A stretch of DNA of 64,000 nt from Vermamoeba vermiformis. Lineage: Eukaryota. Of the stretch, positions 12,301-21,936 are shown in pieces (positions within the stretch are counted from its first letter, which is position 1; every line of letters starts with the position of its first letter). The position numbers were made by a program, and so were the translations under genes. The notes under the pieces are model-generated. The model did not search any database. It was not told the origin of the DNA and saw nothing but the letters and a program-made list of their open reading frames with translations. The stretch covers positions 124,001 to 188,000 of the forward strand of contig JBEWZL010000209.1 in NCBI GenBank assembly GCA_045837725.1, written 5' to 3'.

Positions 12301-14284
12301 GGAGCGTGCCTCCGAATGCGGAGCTGGTTCCGGAGGTCTCGACCAGGGCCTTGCGCAGACTCGTCTTGCCGACCTCTTCTTGGCCGACCAGCACCAACTT
12401 GACACGGCGCCACGAGGACTTGGAGGTGTTGAGCATTCTCAAAAAGGAAATAATGGCCGGTGTACCCTGCAACATAATCTCGCGCGGGATCAATTCAGTG
12501 AACGGATTGCCTTCGAGTCGGAGCGAGGTGTGTCCCGTGGCAATGCGCATCTGACCGATCTGATAGGGCAGTGACTGCAGCTTGTTGTTGCTGAGGTCGA
12601 GGTATGACAGCTGTGACAGCTTGATCACGTGGGGTGACACGTCACTCACCTCATTCGACTGCAAACACAACTCGCGCAGTGTGGTCAGCTGATAGAGCTC
12701 ACTCGGCAGTTCAGTGAATTTGTTGTTGTTCAAGTGCAGCGCTGTCAAACCTGTCAGTCGCGTGACACTTGCTGGCACACTTGACAGCTGACACGCCCCG
12801 GCCTTCAACACTTCCAAGCGGGATAATTCTCCGATATTTGCAGGCAATTGCGTCAAAGGATTGCCTTGCACCTCCAGCACTTCCAAATTAGGCAATTTGT
12901 CGATGCCATGGGGTAGTTCAGTGAATCGGTTGTCGTTGATGCGCAGAGTGCGGAGCAGACTCCAGTGCTGCAAATCATTGCTGAGCGCGTTCAGTGAATT
13001 GTGTCCGAGATCGAGCAGCACGAGGCGGTTGAGTGCGACTAAATTTAGCGGCACTGACTCGATCTTGTTGTGCTGCAAGTGCAATTCTTCGAGTGCCGCG
13101 CAGGAGGTGATGGCAAGTGGCACCTCGGGAATTTCATTGTTGTTCAACATCAAGATGCGCAAGTGATTCAACAGCGCGATCTGCGAGGGAATTTTCTTAA
13201 TTTGGTTGTGCGAGAGGTCCAAAATAGTCAAGTAGCCCAGTCCGCACAGTCGCTTGGGCACTGCTGTCAGTCTGTTGCGACTGAACTTGAACACTGACAG
13301 CCCTGATATTTGCAGCACTTCGCTGGGCACTTCGACCAGGGCCTGATCGGTGATCTCGATGTTCTTGGCATCCACGCCCTTCAAAATGCCTTTTTTGTAC
13401 ACAATGACCAGCGGCTGTTCGCTGCCACTCGCTGCACTGGGCGTGGGATAGTTCCCAGAGGGCAGTGAATCACGTGCCACTGTGACACCTGTCACCGGTG
13501 AACTGACTGCACGTGTCAACGGGGAATTGCCACCGTGCGAATAACTGGGGGAAGTGGCGCCAGGAGTGTGCAGATTGGGCTGCGAATAGCCATAATTGGA
13601 AGTGGCAGGGTACGGGCCCGTGTAGTTCGGTGTTGCCAAATTAGGCGAGGAGTAGCTTGGATTGGTGCTCGGGTACGCGGGGGTGTTCGTGTAGTTGGGG
13701 GTGTGCTGTGGACTCGCAGTGCCACTACCATAATTGGCAGGTGCGGAATAATTGCTGCCGGTCGGGCTCGGATAATTGGCGGGGTAATTGCCTGCAGGGC
13801 TGTAATTGCCGGGATACGGAGCAGCAGTGCCATAATTAGGTGCCGCATTACCATAATTGGTAGTATTACCATAATTGGCAGTGGTGTTGGGGTACGGAGC
13901 AGGATAGCTGTTCACGGGTGCAGTGTAGTTCAGTGTGGTGGGATAGGTGCCAGTAGGATAGCTTTGAGGAGGATAATAGGCTGCAGTAGTAGGTGCAGTA
14001 GTGTTCGGATAGTAGCCTGGGCCTGGCTGCGGATGTGGCGCTGGATTGGGACTGCTTGGGTACGCCGCGGGGTACGACGGCTGACCAGGGGCATAGTACC
14101 CAGGCTGTGTATTATACGGGGTCGTATTATACGGACCAGCGGTATTATTGGCAGGATAATTAGCGTAAGGATTGGGCTGCATAACAACAATCAGATGCGG
14201 TACGGAAGTTAAGAGTTAAATTGGCAAGTTGAGTAGTGAGGGACATAAATTCATGATAATTAGTGGCGCAATACTTACTTGCAT
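9397..14284 (-). CDS. Roco-family kinase (Pro/Tyr-rich N-terminus, LRRs, Roc GTPase, COR, TKL kinase)
   Basis: LRR array, 'KLVLVGQEEVGKTSL', 'WDFGGQE', 'LVGTHLD', 'HRDLRSPNVLL', 'VTDFG', 'WCAPE'. Confidence 0.95.
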
Positions 14285-14668
14285 TACAACGAGTGCTAAT
14301 TTAATATTCTAGTTTTTTCTGGGCGGATCGTTTAATTAACCGAATTGCCCTATAAATCTCCTAACTACTATCACCAATTGGAAGCGATTATATATACAAA
14401 TACGACAACAATCACAACTCGCTCTTGTGGTTGTTGAATTCAATTACAATGATTCGAATAAGCGCAACAGATTCAATTTTAATACAATTCAAAAGCGAAA
14501 TTTCGCGGCTGTAAAGTCACGTGTCCGATCGATGAACTAGTCACGTGTTGGGAATTTCGTGCCGTAAGACCTATAATCGTGACTCATTTTTAAAGCTACA
14601 CCCTTTCGCATACAATACAGTGTTTATTTGCTTTACAAGTCCTATTACCAAATTAGGCAATTATTTCC

Positions 14669-16134
14669 TTAAATGTCCTCGCCCTCGCTGTCCCCCAAGT
14701 GCTCCTCATCCGCTTCTTGTGGCTCCCCCGCAGAGTCCTCATCGACCACGTGCTCATCGTGCTCCACTGGTGCCTCGTCCTCCTCGTCCAGCTGCTCGTC
14801 CAGATCCATAATAGGAAATCGCAGCGTGGCAGCGACACCGCTCAACTGTCCCAACTGCTCGCCAGTCACGTGCATGGCTGAGAACAGCACAACTTCAGCG
14901 CCAGCCTCGCGCGCCTGTTCGACGAGCTGCACGTACTTCTTGCGCGTGGTGAGTTCAGTGGCGCGGAACAGACTGTCGAGCACCAGCAGTGTCTCCAGCG
15001 CATTGTGCACCGTCAGCGCGTAGTGCACGTGCTTGTAGCCGTACACGACCTTGTTGGGATCTTTGCGCATCGTGTCGTAGAACTTCTGCAAGTGCTTGAC
15101 CTCGTTGTGTGCCTTGGTGTCGGTGAGGATCTGCTGCACATTCTTGTCGAGCAGCACGTCCTTGAGTGCCTGCTTGTGGCCACTGCTGCTGCTGGCGAGG
15201 ATGAACTTGTGCTTGTGCTCCAACACCCACTTGTCGCTCTCCTTGCGCGTGGCCTCTTTGAGCACGTACTGCTGGAACTGTTCTTTCAAGAAGCCAGGAC
15301 TCGCAATGATCACGGCCTTGATGTGCGACCAATCACTGCCCAGCGTGCGCAACATGAGCTCGTAGCCCTGCTGCAGGAACTTCTCCATCGCCTTGTCGTG
15401 CGCCAGGGCACTCGCTTTGCGCTTGCGTGGTATGGGGATGTTCAAGTGTGCCTTGACGAGCGTGAGACTCTCGTGCACGAGACAGATGTTCACCGTGCCG
15501 GGGCCCAGCAGCACACACACCACATCGCTGCGGGCACGCACACTGCCGGCCACACTCTCGTTCAGTCGCTCGAGGGACACGGCGTCCCAGTGATCTTTGA
15601 CGAGCGAGAACTTGTGGCCCTGGTCGAGGTCCATCGATTGGAACGCACCTGTCTGCAGAACGGCGCGTCAATACATCTGAGAATTCGCGAGTGGTGGCGT
15701 GTAATGCACGAATTTGTGGTGCATTAAATATCCATCGTGCTTTAAAAGTGATAAAAGGAGCAAATTAATGATAATAACAGGGTGCTAATTAATTATTAAT
15801 TAAAATTTCTAATTTTCCACAGATCAAGACCAATTAATTCTGATTGTACCTTAATAAATTGATTCTCTTCCACATTCTGACCATTGAGTCGTATAATGCC
15901 CGAATTAGCATCGAAATCAATCGCTTTCACCTCGATCGTGACTGTGATCCGCTTGCGTTCCTTCTCAGTGGAGCCAGTGGCACTCTCCTTGGCCACTTTG
16001 CGGAAGGTCGATGCGCGCACTCTGTCGCCAGTGGTGATCAGATTGTACGCGTGCCACATGTCCTCCAGCGACTCGGTGATCACCGTGATGGTGCCCGCGC
16101 CGTTCTTGTCGATGTCTTTGTACACGATCTTCAT
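14669..16134 (-). CDS. PELO: Pelota/Dom34 ribosome-rescue factor, one intron, acidic tail
   Basis: 'EDMWHAYNLI...VRASTFRKV', 'IIASPGFLK', 'HVTGEQLGQLSGVAATLRFP'. Confidence 0.95.
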
Positions 16135-16296
16135 GCTGCTCTGTGCTCAAGGGTGCTGCTCTAATGTGTGCTGGCGGTGCTCACTGGGCCCCAGCGATAT
16201 ACCAGGGCCACTGCACTCTACCAGGGCTGAGCACGTGACAGCAGGGCAGCACGCGTCTCCAATGTCAGGCACACAGAGGTCCATATCAGCACCACG

Positions 16297-16705
16297 ATGA
16301 ATGCCACACGAGAGCGCGTACTGCAGCTGTACAAGCAGTTGATGCGCACTAGTCGCACTTGGAGCGGCAAGCAGAGCGAGAAAGAGTACATCCGCGCTGA
16401 GAGTCGCAAGCAGTTCAAAGCAAACAAGACTATCACAGACCCTGCTACTATCGAGAAGCAGCTGTTTGAGGGGCAGAGCAGATTGGAGCTCGCACTGCAT
16501 TACAAGAACCCCTATCCGAGGTAAGTATTTACGCTGATGTGCTGAAATTGAATGTGCGCTTGACCTGCAGTCAATTATATTATAATTAATGCCTATATTT
16601 AGAGTGCACAACATTATCAAAACGACGCCAGACAGACTGAATCAGCACGGACTTGAAGAGGTGCAGAAACAACAAATCGCAAAAGCGCAATCACTGTTTG
16701 AATAA
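16297..16705 (+). CDS. LYRM1: LYR-motif protein (LYRM1-like)
   Basis: 'VLQLYKQLMR...RKQFKAN...RLELALHYKNPYPR'; intron about 16521-16602. Confidence 0.8.
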
Positions 16706-16868
16706 TGCAGCTGCTGTTATTCTGCCATGTACATATGCATATTATACATATACACCGACGCTGCGTGTCCTCAAGAGACAGAGCAGATCTGATTTTTTTG
16801 TAAATAAATTTCTTTTATTTTGACCAAACAGGAGCACGAGCACGCATAGCTATATATACATATAAACA

Positions 16869-18961
16869 ATGTTTGACGTGGCAGCGAGTCAGCGCGAGAG
16901 TGGCAGCACGAGCACGCAGAGTGGCGTGGGTGAATTGCAGCTCGATCCAGAACAAGTGGAGAAGTACAACGAGATTATCGATCTGCTGCTCGCTGGTGGA
17001 TACTTCAGGGCACGCATTCAAGGCCTAGACTCGTTTGATAAGGTCGCTGGAGGCATCACCTGGTGTTTGACGAATATCAATCAAACGGATTTGGACTTCC
17101 GCTTGTTGTTGCAAGAACACGGCCGTATGGGTGACAAAATGTACGTCGATGCTCGAGTATTATTATTATTATTATTGGGGATTATTCGTGCGAATTAATA
17201 CCACCTTTAATTTTCTCGCGATATTTCCAGCTGCCTCATCATAATTGATTATAATACTGTTGATTACTATACTGCTGATCCAATACTGTTGTGATGACCA
17301 CCACTGATTACCATTGCCGCAGCTACTTGTCTGAAAATATTGAGCGTGCCCTCACGATTCTCAAGTGTCCCTATCCGCTCCAAGCGCAGCAGATCTACTA
17401 CCTGGACTGCATCCACATCTACCCCGTGATTCAGTGGCTGTTCAAACTCGTCATGCAGGTGCGCGAACAGACCGAGGACAAGGTGCGCTACTACACCGAG
17501 ACGCAGTTCAACAAGGACTACGCACTGCCCGCCGATCTGCTCCGCGACCAGTCACGTGACGCCTCGCTCAGCTACATTCGTCGCGCACGTGATCAGTACG
17601 CGGCCAAGCGACAGTTCAGACCTGGCCAGGGACTCAAACAGAACTGGCGCATGCGTCGTCGATTGGTGCAGACGGGTCTGTGGTCACGTGCCGATCACGT
17701 GGGCGACGAGACGGAGCAGATCCAAGGCGTGCTGCTGCAGTACGGTCAGGGACACTTGTACAAACAGCGCGAGAATCGAGCACGTGACGAGAGTGGCGAT
17801 GAGGAGCAGCAGCGCGAGTTGGACGAATTGGAGAAGCGCGGTGAGAAATTGATGCAATCGATGACACGTGACAGCGGAGATACCTCCGAGATCAGCACCG
17901 ATCACGTGCTCGAGAAGAACAACGCACTGCTGTCCAATCTCAAAGAACAGAGCGAGGAGTACGAGCGCGCACGTGGCAGCGGAGATTCAGCGGAGATTGA
18001 AGAGAGTGGCACGGGCGAGAAGAGTCACCAGCGCGCATTACTAAATATAGACAAGAACGTGCGTGCCATGCGCGGTCGATTGGCCAAGTTGACGGAAGAA
18101 CACGATCACGTGCTGGCACAGGTCAGCAAACTGCGCGAAGAGCACGTGACGCAAGAGACCACGAGCCAAAATCTCGAGCGGCAGATTGCAGAGCTGCTGG
18201 CACTGGAGACTGACGAGAACAGAGCGGAGTTGACAGCACTGCGCAGTCTGGTGGCACTCAACGAACAGCTCAAACAGCAGCAAACACTCTTCAAGCAGAA
18301 CTGCAAAGATCAGCGCGAGGAGTGGACTGCAAAGATTGCCAGTCTCAAAAAGGAACTCGATGCGAGTGCGGTGGTGTCGGAGGGTGAGGACAGCAGCCCT
18401 GCATCGCGTGAAGCGGAGATTGAGCGCGCGTACGAGCGTGACAGCACCAAACTGCAACAACTGATCGAACACAGCGCACTCAAGAGTCGTCAGATTCAGA
18501 TGGCCAAGCGCAAGATCGATGAAGTGCCCACGCGCCGCGAACTGCAGCAATATCAGCGCCAGTTCATCGAGCTGTACGAACAGATGGCGCTCAAGTACTT
18601 TGAGACCAAGCAGTACTACGTGTCCTTCAATGCGCTCGAAGATGTGCGCATGTACATTCAGCGCGAGAGCTCCATTCTCAACTCGATGCAAGAGGGCTAT
18701 CCGAGTGCCATGAAGAGCAAGACTGGCAAGCAGAAGTTCTTGGAGACACTCGAGGGCATCAAAGCGCAGCTCGAGAAGAGTGTTGAGCACGTCAAGGGCA
18801 AGGTCGAGCAGGAGAAGCGACGTCGCGACGAGTTGGACGAGCAGTACAAGCAGCTGTTGGACAAAGAGCGTGCTTATTATCGTGCAGCCAAAGAGTTCCA
18901 AGAGGAGTGCAAGAAGACCGAACTCTTAAATACCAAGCTCTCACAGTTGCAGAAAAAATAA
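16869..18961 (+). CDS. CCDC93: Coiled-coil domain protein 93 (CCC/Commander complex)
   Basis: 'IIDLLLAGGYFRARIQGLDSFDKVAGGITWC', 'KIDEVPTRRELQQYQRQFIELY'. Confidence 0.92.
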
Positions 18962-19370
18962 CGTGATAATGTACAGAGTTTGAAATTTCATAAAGAATAC
19001 CTCTTCCTTGCAAGATTTTTGCTGAACACATCTTGCTACACAAGTAACTGCTCTGCAAATGGGTCTTGACTTTGCTGGGACGAGGAATATTACGGGAAAA
19101 TACATGAAAAACAGACTGACGTGTGTCCTGTCTCATTATCAGTTTTCCTCCAAGTATGTCTGGCTACTAGTAGTAGCTGGCGGGACGCTCACCAGATCTG
19201 GTTGCATCCACGGATTGACCAGTAGTGGAGTCTACATGACCTGCAGAAGGACTTCTGAAATTTCCAGCCTTGTTCTTCTGCATAGTTTCCAACGGGTCCT
19301 ATCCCCAAACTTTTGTAGTCTGTGGGGGAGGCGAAAAAGGGTTCTGCTGATGAAGTAAATGACCATTTTC

Positions 19371-20249
19371 ACCAAACTCTGCTATTAGCCTCAGCGGATA
19401 CAGAGGCGTGCTGGCTATGGGCTAACTCGGGAGGCTGAAAATAGAAATCCTATGGCGGACGTCCCGTCCACCAAAAATTTTTCATCCGTCCGTGGACATT
19501 GCATCCGTCCGGGGTCGCTGTGTCCGCTGATGTTAGTAATTGACCGACTTATCCCAAACTTTGCCATTAGCACCAGCGGACCCAAGAAGGACTACTATTG
19601 GCATCAGGAGGCTTTGGGCTAGCCGCTGGAGGCTGAAAATGTCTTTGTTCTGCAAAGAACTTAAGTACCAGAACTTTGTTCTATATGCTGCAAAACCATT
19701 TAAACTTTGGAAATACATAGAACTATCACTATATAACAAGAAGATATGAGTAACTGTCAATGATATTGTACTGACAGCAATTTGTAAATTTTCAGCATTA
19801 AGTATGAACCCATCCATCAGCACATACTGTGTACAACACAACTATACGTATTTTATGCACCACAGAACTTTAGCTACAATTCATTGTCACCTAACAGTCC
19901 AAAGATTGTTGCATCATACATACTTTTTTATGTTGTAACTTTGTCCAGCATGGTGGCAAACCTTTTTATATGGAAGGGATATGCTTAACCACATACATGG
20001 CATATAGAAATCCTAATAAAAACTTGGTACTATATAATGTATGGTCGGCGGACGTGCGGTCCATGGCGGATGTCCAATTTTTGGCGGACGGGACGTCCGC
20101 CACAGAGAATTACAGATCCAGGGTCACTGCATCTGCCGATGTTAGTAATTACCAACTTATACCAAACTCTGCCATTAGCATCAGTGGACCCAAGAAGCAC
20201 TGCTATTGGCGTCAGGAGGCTTTGGGCTAAACGCCAGAGGCTGAAAATG
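19371..20249. repeat. Degenerate direct repeat family A (about 130 bp; copies near 19371-19441 partial, 19512-19640, 20121-20249)
   Basis: Shared 'ccaaactYtgcYattagc...gggcta...gaggctgaaaat' aligned by eye. Confidence 0.85.
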
Positions 20250-21280
20250 GCGATGTTCCCTAGAATGCGCACATAGAGTTGTAAGGAGGATGGCTCTGCT
20301 CAGATACCGAAGCAGTGGAAACCGGGATGGCAACCATGCAGAAGTCCCAGTTCAATCACAGGGCGGACATCCAAACGATCCTGTCCTCATTTTTGTTTAT
20401 GGGGGACGGCCAGGCCGAATTGGCCAGGGTGGCCGGTTTGGTCAGGGCGGCCGGTCCGGCCAGGCCGGCCGGTAGGACTTGGTAATTTTGCCAGGAAGGA
20501 TGCAGGAGCAGGTTCAATTCCTGCTGTAGGCAAAATTTTATGGTAAGTTTGTATGGGGGTGTGGTTGCCCTGGGTTCAATTCCTGGTATCTGCATGGATT
20601 TTTATTTATTGGACTTAGAAAAAATCTGAGTAGCCATACAGTCCCAGGTTCAATTCCTGCTGTCTGCCATTTTTTTATTTTTCTGAATGTCAGTTACTAG
20701 TGGTTTGTTATCACCCAATGCTGCAGTAATATGGATACTAATGCCTCATATGTACATTCGCACCAGTTGGTGCCTTGTACCATACCTACATACCTGGCCG
20801 GCCGGACTGGCAGGGCTGGCCACAAAGGCTTGGCCTGGCCGACCTCCTATCTGTGGACATAATTACATTTCTGGATGTTCTATGCAGAACTACATATCTA
20901 TAAGAGGATTGCTTCTCTGCTCACTATTTTGCGCAGGATGTATAACGTTCTTTGTGAAGCAAACATGGCATGGGCAATATGTTATTTGCCGAGAAAGAGC
21001 TGGAATTGATCCATTAGCCAAAATAACCAATTTCCAATGTATGGGGATTACAATTCTTTCTCTATCTCCAGTGGCTGGAAGCTGATGTAGATGCAAAGGT
21101 CATAGAGTAGTATCCTATATTTGCTCTACCTACTGCAGCAAACAGAATTGAATTCATTAATTACTAACTTCAGTGGATGCCCTGCCCAAGTGAATGTCCT
21201 GCTCACTATATGCTAGCCGACCTCCTGTGGATGTGCAGTCCGTGGCAGTGTCCAATTTTTGCCAGACGGGACGTCCGCCA
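19453..21280. repeat. Repeat family B (about 55 bp): 19453-19508, with inverted copies at 20048-20102 and 21229-21280
   Basis: tggcggacgtcccgtc at 19453; its reverse complement gacgggacgtccgcca ends at 20102 and 21280. Confidence 0.85.
20399..20850. mobile_element. MITE-like element with imperfect GGCC-rich terminal inverted repeats enclosing three tRNA T-arm fragments
   Basis: 20399-20476 is an imperfect inverted match to 20791-20850; internal GGTTCAATTCCTG three times; no target-site duplication established. Confidence 0.45.
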
Positions 21281-21936
21281 GATGGCATTCCACTTTTTAT
21301 TTATTGGTATGGCTTGGTTCGATTGAACGATCTTTGTGATTTTTCAGCGGTAGGTTCATAATTGCAGGAATACTGGTTACTCAGTGCATTATGGTCACCC
21401 AACACAAAAGAAACCCTATACTTATCAGAAGTTTTTAATGGTCTGGGACAGGCAACTTGTCAGCCTTCCCTGACATCAATTATCAAATCTAGCTGGGCTG
21501 GAATCTCACCAGCTGGCTAGTCCCATAGTGGATTGGCCATCCTCTCTGCAATTGACTACGCAGCATCCACCCACCTTACTATTTCTGTAACTAACCATAA
21601 ATGTATAGAAGTTCATAGCTAGTCTACAAAGAGCGCTTCGGCAGCTCAGCAATGGACAGGATGCCACCATGGGCAAAGCATCCCTTCAACAAGGCCTCCA
21701 CATACCTTATTGTGAAAAATTGTGTTTGTTCTCTTTATGGAAGAGTTTATGGTAAATGATAATGCTGACTCTAAAGAGCCACAGAAGTTCTGGTTCTGGT
21801 TGGAATGTCTCTAGTTTCAAGTTTGCTTGCCCATAACACCCAATTGCATCCGTACCAAACACTCTGAAGAAAACAGGAATGCATATGCTAATCAGGTTGA
21901 ACACAAGTATGGTAACTACAGTATTTACATGTTCAC

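Noticed and set aside
20480-20680. Intact tRNA genes
   Set aside because: Only T-arm and 3' parts are visible; I could not build a cloverleaf.
19371-21280. CRISPR-like array
   Set aside because: Repeats are long, irregularly spaced and in mixed orientation; eukaryotic context and no cas genes.
19059-21936. ORFs in the island as a transposase or other genes
   Set aside because: Short, with no DDE, reverse transcriptase or helicase motifs visible; some simply translate the repeats.
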